Positions 1 to 8,949 of a DNA stretch of 55,357 bases are shown piece after piece. The position numbers were made by a program, and so were the translations under genes. Positions within the stretch are counted from its first letter, which is position 1. Each line of letters opens with the position of its first letter. The notes below the pieces were generated by a model that did no database searches, was not told where the DNA came from, and saw only the letters and a program-made list of their open reading frames with translations. Source of the DNA: Gammaproteobacteria bacterium (lineage in GTDB: Bacteria; Pseudomonadota; Gammaproteobacteria; Eutrophobiales; Eutrophobiaceae); the NCBI GenBank assembly GCA_051275005.1, contig JBNMOP010000002.1:1-55357 (forward strand), given 5' to 3'.

Positions 1-1092
1 CATAACGTACAATTCAACATGGAAGGCGCCTTAAATTCGCTGGATGGATCATTAGAACAAACAATCGATACCGGCACAGGACCTGTCATTGTAGCGGTCC
101 CTGGGTCAAACTCGCTGGTGGAAGAACTGCGCGGCGATTTTCTGATTAAAGACACATGGTCACTGGGAAAATTTGAACTGGATTATGGTCTGGGTGTAGA
201 GGTGTCCAATCTTGCGCAGAGTGGTGATGATGAAAAGGAACGCAATTTTACTTTTTTTAAACCACATTCTGTCCTGACATATTCTTCCGGACAAGGTGAA
301 CAGACTAAGGTACGGGTAGCCCGGGAAGTTGCCCAATTGAATTTTGACGATTTTATTAGTACCACAGCCTTTGAAGACAATGAACTGTCATTAGGAAATA
401 TAAACCTGAAGCCTGACACCACATGGATCACCGAGGTGAGCCATGAGCGGCGATTTGGTCGACAGAGCGTTATTAAGCTTACTGGGTTTCACCACTGGAT
501 TTCTGATGTACTTGATTTATTGCCGCTCTCTGCCATGGACGAGGCGCCGGGTAATATAGGGGATGGCAGGCGTTGGGGAGTGGAACTGGAAGCTACAATG
601 CCGTTGGATTGGACCGGATTGATGGGTGCAAAACTGGATATTAATTTGCGTTGGCAGGATTCCACTGTAATTGATCCCGTTACCGGGGAAAATCGTGTCT
701 TGTCAGGTCAAGGTGGGGCCAATGCCTACCGTACCCTTGCTGGTGCAAATAAAAATAACAGATATGGGGCCAGGGTGGATTACCGCCAGGATTTGCAGGT
801 ATCGCGTATTGCCTGGGGTTGGACCGTTGCTGAACGGGATAGGCGGCCGTTGTTTAAAGTGAATGAACTGGATATAAGCAATGAAGGATTTGCCATAGAT
901 GCTTTTATTGAAACGACCCGGTGGCAAGGTTTGAAGGTCAGATTGGCGGGCGATAATTTACTGAATTTTAGTTCTTTGCGATACCGTACTTTTTATACCG
1001 GTCTTCGAGATCTGACGCCGGTAGAATCTCAGGAATTCAGGGATAGACGTAATGGTCGCAGGCTTACCCTAACCATTAGTGGTAGCTTTTAA
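1..1092 (+). CDS. TonB-dependent outer-membrane receptor, C-terminal part (5' end lies outside the window)
   Basis: Frame 1 is open from nt 1; the listed ORF 19..1092 simply starts at the first Met. About 360 aa align with the C-terminal half of the 715-aa receptor at 46775..48922 (REVAQLNF-DF, TEVSHERRFG, TGFHHWI-DVLDLLPL, RWQDSTV-DPVTG). It ends ...SGSF, the terminal Phe typical of OM beta-barrels. Confidence 0.8.
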   Translation, partial: HNVQFNMEGALNSLDGSLEQTIDTGTGPVIVAVPGSNSLVEELRGDFLIKDTWSLGKFELDYGLGVEVSNLAQSGDDEKERNFTFFKPHSVLTYSSGQGEQTKVRVAREVAQLNFDDFISTTAFEDNELSLGNINLKPDTTWITEVSHERRFGRQSVIKLTGFHHWISDVLDLLPLSAMDEAPGNIGDGRRWGVELEATMPLDWTGLMGAKLDINLRWQDSTVIDPVTGENRVLSGQGGANAYRTLAGANKNNRYGARVDYRQDLQVSRIAWGWTVAERDRRPLFKVNELDISNEGFAIDAFIETTRWQGLKVRLAGDNLLNFSSLRYRTFYTGLRDLTPVESQEFRDRRNGRRLTLTISGSF

Positions 1093-1396
1093 TTAGAAGA
1101 AATTCGTACCAGGCATTATCCATAGCTTATTTTAGAAAAAAATTATTGTTCCTGAGAGGTGGGTTTCTTACAATACTCCCATAATGTCGAAATTTGCACT
1201 GTTTGTGAAAGTTCCAGAGCATTGATTGACATATTCACGTATTGGTCACAGACTATGGACATAAAAAGGGGGGGCTAGATAGCCTAGGGAAATCAGTTAC
1301 CCTCATCGTGTATTTAGTGTATTCAGCCATATACAGATGCCCCCTGCTTAAAAACTCATATGCTTTAGATAAACTTGATAAATTGGAGAGAGTGAA

Positions 1397-2155
1397 ATGA
1401 AACATCGTCATTTATTTACATGTTTTAGACTAATCGGTTTAAGTCTGGTTATGGCCCTGGTGGGTAATAATGTAATAGCCCAAACTTACCCTTCAGAAGT
1501 TATGCGTTTCGCTGATTCTGTTTATGTGAATGCCACCATTGTCACCCTGGATGATCACGAAATGAATTCCAATCCAGGGACTATAGTCCAGGCAATGGCT
1601 ATCCGAGATGAGATGATAATGGCCCTGGGATCCACTGATGAGATGATGCGTATGGCTGGACCAGATACTGAAATTATAGACTTGCAGGGTAAGACAGTAC
1701 TGCCAGGAATTGTGGAAAGCCATGTACATCCTATGGGTGCAGCAGAGAGAAATGCCAGGGAGATTTATAACTTACGTAATTCCCCGGAAGGATATGCCCT
1801 GGATATGGATGTTGCTGCGTCCTCTGATGAAACCATGGCGAATGTGGCCGAGGCCATGCAATTATTGTTATCAATTGTTCAACCTGGTCCGGATGAGTGG
1901 ATCAATATCTCCATCGTGCATAATCCTGAACTTGGTTTTGCAACACCAGCGGATGTATCTACCCTGATGAGCGCACCCAGATTAGTTGATGTGCAAATAA
2001 CCAAGGAAGATTTATCGGAAATCGTGCCTAACTATCCATTTGTTTTGTCCAGTGCAACATCAATATTGAGCGCCCCTGAAAAGAACGTTTGGTATCACAT
2101 TACAGTCGGTCCTAATGGACAGCCTGTGGAAGAAAAGGTTATCGATTTACCATAG
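1397..2155 (+). CDS. Exported N-terminal fragment (HxH metal-binding module only) of a YtcJ-like/Amidohydro_3-type hydrolase
   Basis: SD GGAGAG lies upstream. Sec signal ...GNNVIA|QT. It aligns with residues ~1-245 of the full-length 696-aa paralog at 49094..51184 (NA-IVTLDDH-MN-NPGT; LPG-ESH-HP = HxH strand). It stops at TAG 2153-2155, where the paralog continues. Confidence 0.75.
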   Translation: MKHRHLFTCFRLIGLSLVMALVGNNVIAQTYPSEVMRFADSVYVNATIVTLDDHEMNSNPGTIVQAMAIRDEMIMALGSTDEMMRMAGPDTEIIDLQGKTVLPGIVESHVHPMGAAERNAREIYNLRNSPEGYALDMDVAASSDETMANVAEAMQLLLSIVQPGPDEWINISIVHNPELGFATPADVSTLMSAPRLVDVQITKEDLSEIVPNYPFVLSSATSILSAPEKNVWYHITVGPNGQPVEEKVIDLP

Positions 2156-2162
2156 GAGAGTA

Positions 2163-3569
2163 ATGATGAAGACTGCAAATCAATTTAGTGTGAGAGTCTT
2201 TACCTTATTGCTTGGTATTATTTTGCTAAGTACTACTGTCCAGGCCAGTCACAGGGCGCTTCTCTTTAATGAGGCGGCGTTCGACAAGGTCCTTGAGATG
2301 TGGCCGGATTATGTCCAATCTGTTAATAACCAGGCTCGAGGCATGGATAACCCGGGGCAGCGGGGACTCATTACCCAGAGTCCACTGCGTTCCCATTTGG
2401 GTCAATTGTTAAGAGAGCAACCCACCCCTGCCCAGTATGGCGATGGTTTTAAGAAACTGATTAATGAAGTCTATCTAACCGGTGGTATGACGACCTTTGG
2501 TTCCCGGGTCAATACCAATTCCCAGATCAGTGCCTATCATTATATGTTACGTAAAGATGGTCGTCTGCCCATACGACATGCCTATGCCTATGACTTGGCT
2601 AGGCAGGCTATTCCTACGGCTGCGGCCTCTGGTTTGAATGAATACAGCGGGGCAATGTGGGACACCATCGAGGCGAATCCCTGGCTCTGGTTGCATGGTA
2701 TGGCCAGTGAAGGCGATTGGGACGCACCCAATCGCGGTTGTCTACAGGATGATTTGGCAGTTAAACCAGGGGTTGATGAAAGGAAAATAAAAGAGATCAT
2801 AGAAATCTGTCCCGATTTTAATGCCGCCACTGTACAGTCATTGATGCGCGGCATACGTGCCGGCTGGCGCTTTGCTGGCGTGCACGGTGTAGGCAGTCAT
2901 GCCATTCGCTTGTTTGTCCAGAATCTGGAAGGACATATGAAGGCCAATCCCAAAGTTCTGACCCTGGATTATGTTCGCAAATCCCGCCACGGCTTTGCCC
3001 ATGGCACCATGACCGGTGCAGTGCCTGACGTAGTGGAGAGTATGCTCAAGTACAATCTGTACTTACCGATTAACTTGCGTCGTGCCCTGGCAGTCGAACC
3101 TGATAATTGCCGTGGAAATTATGTGGAGGCCTGTTTTAAATTCATAGGTCCTGTGAAGACCCTGCTGGATCAAGGTGTGAAGGTGGTGGGTGAATTTGAA
3201 ATCGGTAACCCAAACCCAGAGACCTACTATGACATTCTAGACGTCTATGTTAATCGCGAATTGGAAAAAGGTGCGGGGACAGAGGCTACTGCACCTGAAA
3301 GGTATGGTGACGGTGAGCTGTTTAATCCTGAAGAAGGTGTGGATCGCGTGGTAGCCCTAAAGTTGTTTACCTACCGCTCGGCAGAATTTCTCTATGCAGA
3401 GTCCAAAATTGGCAGTCTTGAAGTGGGTAAGCTTGCTGACTTCGTGGTCACTGACAAGCCCTATTTATCCGGACCCGACAGAGAAATCCGTGATAACAAG
3501 ACGATATTGACCGTGCTCGCGGGAGAGAGGCGTTACCAGGATCCGGACTATAAACCGGTGGTCCGCTAA
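2163..3569 (+). CDS. Exported C-terminal module of the same amidohydrolase family (no HxH strand), tandem paralog 1 of 4
   Basis: SD AGGAG overlaps the upstream stop, and the start is ATGATG at 2163/2166. The listed ORF start 2115 overlaps the preceding gene and is unlikely to be used. Sec signal ...TTVQA|SHR. It aligns with residues ~270-696 of the full-length paralog (SAYHYMLRKDGRLPIRHAY, GWRFAGVHGVGSHAIR, SRHGFAHGTMTG, EEGVDRVVALKLFTYRSAEF, GSLEVGKLADFVV). Confidence 0.8.
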   Translation: MMKTANQFSVRVFTLLLGIILLSTTVQASHRALLFNEAAFDKVLEMWPDYVQSVNNQARGMDNPGQRGLITQSPLRSHLGQLLREQPTPAQYGDGFKKLINEVYLTGGMTTFGSRVNTNSQISAYHYMLRKDGRLPIRHAYAYDLARQAIPTAAASGLNEYSGAMWDTIEANPWLWLHGMASEGDWDAPNRGCLQDDLAVKPGVDERKIKEIIEICPDFNAATVQSLMRGIRAGWRFAGVHGVGSHAIRLFVQNLEGHMKANPKVLTLDYVRKSRHGFAHGTMTGAVPDVVESMLKYNLYLPINLRRALAVEPDNCRGNYVEACFKFIGPVKTLLDQGVKVVGEFEIGNPNPETYYDILDVYVNRELEKGAGTEATAPERYGDGELFNPEEGVDRVVALKLFTYRSAEFLYAESKIGSLEVGKLADFVVTDKPYLSGPDREIRDNKTILTVLAGERRYQDPDYKPVVR

Positions 3570-3611
3570 GATTATCCGATTGATATAAAAATTTTGAAAC
3601 AGGTGATTAAG

Positions 3612-5015
3612 ATGGTGATAGTGAAACAACTTCGTGGACAATTATGTATGGCCTTACTAGGCGTGCTGGTATTAAGTGTGCCCGCCCAGGCTGCCCACCG
3701 CGTACTTCTTTTTAACGAAAATGCCATGGACAAGGTCCTGGAGATGTGGCCGGACTATGTTGAGTCCGTCAATAATCAGGCACGGGGAATGGAGAATGCC
3801 GGTGCACGCGGTGCGATAAACCAGGCCCCGCTCCGGGCACATCTGGGTCAATTGTTGCGAGAGCAACCGACACCGGCACAATTTGGTGATGGTTTTAAAA
3901 AGCTAATGAAAGACCACTTTCTTCCCGCAGGCCGAACGACTTTTGGTTCCCGCGTCAATACTAATGCCCAGGTCAGCGCTTACCATTACATGTTGCGTGA
4001 GGACGGTCGATTCCCGGTGAGGCATGCCTTTAGTCTAGACCTGGCACGCCAGGCCATTCCCGAGTCCGCGGCCGCCGGATTTTATGAGCACAGAGGGGCT
4101 ATGTGGAATACCATTGAAGCGAATCACTGGCTCTGGCTGCACGGCATGAGTGCCGAGGGAGATTGGGATGCCCCAAATCGCGCTTGTATGGGTGACGACC
4201 TTGCGGTCAAGGCAGGTGTGGAAGTACGACAGGTCAAAGAGATAATTGAGATTTGTCCTGATTTTAATGCACCAACAGTACAAGCCTTAATGAGGGGCGT
4301 ACGTGCCGGCTGGCGCTTTGCCGGGGTTCATGGCAACGGCAGTCATGCCATTCGTCTTTTTGTACAAAAACTGGAAGAACATATGATGGCCAACCCCAAG
4401 GTCATGACCTTGGATTTTGTTAGGGAAGCGCGACATGGCTTTGCCCACGGAACACTGGTGGGCGCGGTGCCGGAAGTGGTTGAGTCTATCCTAAAATATA
4501 ACCTCTACATACCCATCGATGCTGCGCGATCCATGACCATCGAGGCAGATGGTTGCCGTCAAAACTATGTTGAGGCTTGTATAGGTTTTATGGCCCCCAT
4601 AAAGACCTTGCTGGATCAAGGAGTCAAGGTAGTAGGAGAGGCAGAGGTGGTTGAGACCAACCCTGAGACCTACTTCAATCGGCTTGATGTTTATGTTAAC
4701 CGAGAGGTTACACATGTAGGTGGTCACGACTATGGTCCTCCAGATGATCCTAAGGATGGTAGTATTTATAGCCTCGATGAAGGTGTTGATCGGGTGGTTG
4801 CCCTGAAACTTTTTACCCACAGATCATCTGAATTTTTGTATGCAGAAACCAAGGTGGGTAGTCTGGAGGTGGGTAAGATGGCTGATTTCATCGTCAGTGA
4901 TAAGCCCTATCTATCAGGGCCGGATAGAGAAATTCGCGATAACAAGGTAGTTATGACGGTACTTGCCGGAAAGACAGAATACAAAGACCCGGACTATAAG
5001 CCGGTTACTCGTTAA
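3612..5015 (+). CDS. Exported C-terminal amidohydrolase module, tandem paralog 2 of 4
   Basis: ATG 3612 lies 5 nt after SD AGGTGA; the listed TTG 3594 is an alternative start. Sec signal ...VPAQA|AHR. By eye it is roughly 65-75% identical in protein to paralogs 1, 3 and 4 over the full length. Confidence 0.8.
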   Translation: MVIVKQLRGQLCMALLGVLVLSVPAQAAHRVLLFNENAMDKVLEMWPDYVESVNNQARGMENAGARGAINQAPLRAHLGQLLREQPTPAQFGDGFKKLMKDHFLPAGRTTFGSRVNTNAQVSAYHYMLREDGRFPVRHAFSLDLARQAIPESAAAGFYEHRGAMWNTIEANHWLWLHGMSAEGDWDAPNRACMGDDLAVKAGVEVRQVKEIIEICPDFNAPTVQALMRGVRAGWRFAGVHGNGSHAIRLFVQKLEEHMMANPKVMTLDFVREARHGFAHGTLVGAVPEVVESILKYNLYIPIDAARSMTIEADGCRQNYVEACIGFMAPIKTLLDQGVKVVGEAEVVETNPETYFNRLDVYVNREVTHVGGHDYGPPDDPKDGSIYSLDEGVDRVVALKLFTHRSSEFLYAETKVGSLEVGKMADFIVSDKPYLSGPDREIRDNKVVMTVLAGKTEYKDPDYKPVTR

Positions 5016-5128
5016 GTCACTCTGAATCTTCCTGTGGTTACGGTAACGAGCTAGCCTGGGTGCTATAACACAGGCCAGTTGGCTGGATGAGTAATAAGAT
5101 TCCCAGAGAATTAAATAGGAGAATAGTG

Positions 5129-6532
5129 ATGAGGGAACTAAGGCAGTTACATCTGATTATCTGGCTTACGTTTGTTTCGCTATGTTCGGTAAGTGTAACC
5201 GTCAACGCCGCCCACAGGGCCCTCCTATTTAATCAAAATGCCATGGACAGAGTCCTGGAAATGTGGCCTGATTTCGTCGAAGCCACCAACAACCAGGGCA
5301 GAGGTCTGGATACGCCTGGCGAGAGGGCGCTTATATTAACCAGCCCATTACGAGAACATTTCGGTCAACTACTGCGGGAGCAGCCAACCCCCGCGCAGTT
5401 CGGTGATGGCTTCAAGATACTGGTCCGAGACCATTATGCCCCCTCCGGTATTTCAACCTTTGCCACCCGGCTCAATACCGCTGATCAGATCAGTGCCTTT
5501 CATTATATGTTGCGTCAGGATGGTCGCCTGCCGGTACGACTTGGTTATAGTAATGACCTTGCGCGACAGGCCATTTCTTCTATCGCTGCAGCCGGACTGT
5601 ATGAATACAGTGGGGTAATGTGGGACACCATCGAGGCAAACCCCTGGTTATGGTTGCATGGTATGAGCAGTGAGGGGGAATGGGATGCACCCAACCGTGG
5701 TTGCATGGGGGACGACCTGCCTGCAAAGGCCGGGGTAGACGCACGCAAGGTCAAGGAGGTTATTGAAATCTGCCCTTCTTTTGGTGAGCCAGCCGTAGAG
5801 TCCTTGATGCGTGGAGTTCGATCCGGTTGGCGTTTTGCCGGTGTGCATGCCATAGGCAGTCATGCCATCCGTATATTTGTACAAAAGTTGGAAGAGCATA
5901 TGAAGGCAAATCCAAGGATTCTTACTCTGGATTATGTGCGCAAATCACGGCACGGGTTTGCCCACGGCACCTTGACTGGTGCAGTGCCTGATGTGGTTGA
6001 GAGTATGTTGAAATATAATCTTTTTTTGCCAATTAATGTCCGCCGATCATTGGCCATCGAACCTCAGAATATTCAACAGAATTATGGTGAAGCAGGTTGG
6101 AAATTTTTGGCACCAATCAAGACACTAATCGATGCAGGCGCGAATGTAGTCGGAGAAGGCTTGATAGGTGAAGCTACGCCTGAGACCTATTTTGATATTT
6201 TTGATGTTCATGTAAACCGAGAGATTTCCCCTGGCGAAGATGAAAACAGGATGCCCACAGAAAAATATGGCGATGGCATTGTTTATGTCCCTGAAGAAGG
6301 TGTGGATCGAGTAGTTGCTCTTAAACTGTTTACTTACCGTTCTGCAGAATTTTTATTTGCAGAATCAAAAGTAGGGAGTCTGGAGGTAGGTAAATATGCT
6401 GATTTTATTGTGACGGATAAACCTTACCTGTCAGGTTCGGATACGCAAATCCGTGACAACAAGGTGGTCATGACAGTAACTGCCGGTGAAAATACATACC
6501 AGGATTCAGAATATAAACCTGTTGTACGTTAA
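5129..6532 (+). CDS. Exported C-terminal amidohydrolase module, tandem paralog 3 of 4
   Basis: ATG 5129 lies 6 nt after SD AGGAGA; ATG 5087 is an alternative start. Sec signal ...VTVNA|AHR. It carries the same conserved blocks as paralogs 1, 2 and 4. Confidence 0.8.
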   Translation: MRELRQLHLIIWLTFVSLCSVSVTVNAAHRALLFNQNAMDRVLEMWPDFVEATNNQGRGLDTPGERALILTSPLREHFGQLLREQPTPAQFGDGFKILVRDHYAPSGISTFATRLNTADQISAFHYMLRQDGRLPVRLGYSNDLARQAISSIAAAGLYEYSGVMWDTIEANPWLWLHGMSSEGEWDAPNRGCMGDDLPAKAGVDARKVKEVIEICPSFGEPAVESLMRGVRSGWRFAGVHAIGSHAIRIFVQKLEEHMKANPRILTLDYVRKSRHGFAHGTLTGAVPDVVESMLKYNLFLPINVRRSLAIEPQNIQQNYGEAGWKFLAPIKTLIDAGANVVGEGLIGEATPETYFDIFDVHVNREISPGEDENRMPTEKYGDGIVYVPEEGVDRVVALKLFTYRSAEFLFAESKVGSLEVGKYADFIVTDKPYLSGSDTQIRDNKVVMTVTAGENTYQDSEYKPVVR

Positions 6533-6725
6533 TGTGTCGATCTACTATCAGGTAGTTGGGAGTAAACCCTTACACTTTGACTGTTAGCCCTATAGACATT
6601 TATTGCTCTGCTAAATTTTTACATACCGAATCCAGGGCGAGTAGATAAAGCCGGACATTATTTTTATGACACGCAGTTAGAATGTAGATCAAATACATAT
6701 CGAAACTTAATATAGGGACAACGCA

Positions 6726-8084
6726 ATGAAAATATTCAATCGATTCCTCTCACATTTTTGCATAATCTTGATGGCCATGTTTTTGCTAAACGCATCGGTT
6801 CAGGCCGCCCACCGGGCGATGCTGTTTAACCAGAATGCCATGGACAAGGTACTTGAAATGTGGCCGGACCTGGTTGAATCGGTGAATAATCAGGCGCGAG
6901 GAATGGAGAAAGCGGGTGAACGAGGGATCATCACTCAGTCCCCACTGCGAGCCCACCTTGATCAGCTATTGCGCGAGCAACCAACACCGGCACAATTTGG
7001 TGACGGTTTCAAGATGTTGGTGAAAGAGGAATACGCCCCGAAAGGTATGACGACATTTGGATCTCGGCTCAATACCAGTGACCAGATCAGCGCATATCAC
7101 TATATGCTGCGTGAAGAGGGACGTTTGCCCCTTCGTTTTGCCTATAGTTTGGATTTAGCTCGCCAGGCCATACCGGAAGCCGCTGCCAACGGATTTTATG
7201 AGCACCGAGGGGCCATGTGGGACACCATTGAATCTAATCCCTGGCTATGGCTGCATGGCATGAGCGCTGAAGGAGATTGGGATGCCCCTAATAGAGGTTG
7301 CATGGGTGATGACTTGCCGGTCAAACGAGGGGTAGATGCAAAGCAAGTAAAAGAGGTGCTGGAGATATGTCCGGATTTTAATGCCCCTACTGTGAATGCA
7401 TTGATGCGCGGGGTACGTAGTGGCTGGCGTTTTGCGGGGGTACATTCCATAGGTAGTCACGCAATTCGGTTGTTTGTACAGAAACTTGAAGAACACATGA
7501 GGGCAAACCCAAAGGTACTCACCATGGAATTTGTTCGGGAATCCAGACACGGTTTTGCCCACGGTACTATGACCGGTGCCGTCAAAGATGTGGTTGAGGC
7601 AGCGGTTAAATATAATCTTTTTATCCCCATTGCACTGGGAAGATCGCTGGAGATTGAACCGGACAATTGCCGCCAGAATTATGTCGAAGTCTGTATTAAC
7701 TTCCTTGGCCCCATTAAGACCCTATTGGACGCCGGGGTTAATGTCGTCGGTGAAAGTCATGAACCTACTTATTTTGGTGATATGGATATATTCGTAAACA
7801 GGACCCTCCTGCGTGGCGTACATAAAGGGGAGACATTCGTTCCAGAAGAGAGTGTTGACCGTATAGTGGCCCTCAAACTCTTTACCTTTCGCTCTGCGGA
7901 ATTTCTGTACGCGGAGTCCGGTGTCGGTAGTCTGGAAGTGGGTAAGTATGCTGACTTTATCGTTACTGATAAACCCTTCTTGTCAGGACCTGACCGGGAA
8001 ATACATGATAACAAGGTTGTCCTGAATGTATTAGCGGGTAAAACCATCTACCAGGATCCGGAATACAATCCGGTCAGCCCTTAG
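6726..8084 (+). CDS. Exported C-terminal amidohydrolase module, tandem paralog 4 of 4 (shortest; shorter variable loop)
   Basis: Sec signal ...NASVQA|AHR. It carries the same blocks (GWRFAGVHSIGSHAIR, SRHGFAHGTMTG, ESVDRIVALKLFTFRSAEF, GSLEVGKYADFIV). It is separated from paralog 3 by a 193-nt spacer. Confidence 0.8.
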   Translation: MKIFNRFLSHFCIILMAMFLLNASVQAAHRAMLFNQNAMDKVLEMWPDLVESVNNQARGMEKAGERGIITQSPLRAHLDQLLREQPTPAQFGDGFKMLVKEEYAPKGMTTFGSRLNTSDQISAYHYMLREEGRLPLRFAYSLDLARQAIPEAAANGFYEHRGAMWDTIESNPWLWLHGMSAEGDWDAPNRGCMGDDLPVKRGVDAKQVKEVLEICPDFNAPTVNALMRGVRSGWRFAGVHSIGSHAIRLFVQKLEEHMRANPKVLTMEFVRESRHGFAHGTMTGAVKDVVEAAVKYNLFIPIALGRSLEIEPDNCRQNYVEVCINFLGPIKTLLDAGVNVVGESHEPTYFGDMDIFVNRTLLRGVHKGETFVPEESVDRIVALKLFTFRSAEFLYAESGVGSLEVGKYADFIVTDKPFLSGPDREIHDNKVVLNVLAGKTIYQDPEYNPVSP

Positions 8085-8228
8085 TAGTTCCTACATATAA
8101 TTTGGGTATAGCATACTAAATGTTAAAGTGTGTTACGCCGTGATGTTTTCAGCTTCACCACATTAAGTTGCAATCTAAACATCACTAACAAATAGATTAT
8201 GCCCCTGCATACGAATTATTAAGTCGCG

Positions 8229-8819
8229 ATGTATAAATTTAATCCATATAAAATAATTATTTATCTGATTTTATTTCAGCATATTTCTTTTATTGGTTAT
8301 ATACAGGCACAATCAGATTTAGATCCTGTGGTTATTAATTTTGGATCAACTCAAATTACACATCGACAGTTTGATAAACAGTTTGAAACAGCTATGGTTT
8401 TTAATGCATTGGAGAATGGAGTGCCTATTAAAAACCAGGATCAGATCTATGTCCTGGAGCATCGATATCTGCAACAGCGTGCGAAAGAGATGGTGTTACT
8501 GGAGATTGCAAGGCAACAGGGAATTACCGTCTCCATTATGGAACTGGATGGATATATGGATGATTTTATGCAAAAACTGGGATTTAGCGGGTATAGCGTA
8601 AAAAACATGCATAAACTAGGTTTTCAGGAAGAACTATCCTTCCGGGCGATCATGCGAGAAAAGAAAACCATACTCCTAATGATATCCCACATTAAAAATG
8701 ACTTGGAACATAATGATAACGCGAAAACAATAGAGGATAAATTTCTGGAACTAATTAAGCAGAGTGGAATTCAGATATTTCCTGAAAACATTGATATTCC
8801 ATTGACCGATTTAAATTAA
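8229..8819 (+). CDS. Small exported protein, possibly a SurA-N-terminal-like chaperone domain
   Basis: Signal peptide ...GYIQA|QSD. The pattern 'INFGSTQITHRQFDKQFE ... LQQRAKEMVLLEIARQQGITVS--ELD-YMDDF' resembles SurA/PpiD N-terminal domains. The region is AT-rich and the assignment is weak. Confidence 0.4.
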   Translation: MYKFNPYKIIIYLILFQHISFIGYIQAQSDLDPVVINFGSTQITHRQFDKQFETAMVFNALENGVPIKNQDQIYVLEHRYLQQRAKEMVLLEIARQQGITVSIMELDGYMDDFMQKLGFSGYSVKNMHKLGFQEELSFRAIMREKKTILLMISHIKNDLEHNDNAKTIEDKFLELIKQSGIQIFPENIDIPLTDLN

Positions 8820-8949
8820 TCTTACTCACAAGATTGGTGATTATCCTGTATGATTTTATAATTGAATCGTGAAATAAAAGTGTAAGTAGTAGACTCATAA
8901 ATGCGAGAGGAATATCCTCAGTAATATATAATTCTGGTAGGGAGGTTGG

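Noticed and set aside
1226-1254. A perfect -35 hexamer TTGACA (1226-1231) lies upstream of the amidohydrolase array.
   Set aside because: The hexamer 17 nt downstream is CAGACT, only 3 of 6 matches to TATAAT, and neighbouring spacings are no better. That is too weak to call a promoter from sequence alone.
1397-3569. The 252-aa N-fragment and the following ORF (listed as 2115..3569, overlapping by 41 nt in the +1 frame) could be one amidohydrolase gene broken by a frameshift. That would make it a pseudogene, a sequencing error or a case of programmed frameshifting.
   Set aside because: A fused reading would bury a hydrophobic signal-peptide-like segment (FTLLLGIILLSTTVQA) in the middle of the protein. 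The same signal-peptide-plus-module architecture recurs in three further intact genes that have no upstream N-fragment. An SD (AGGAG) and ATGATG sit exactly at the stop of the N-fragment. A sequencing error at 2153-2155 still cannot be formally excluded without reads.
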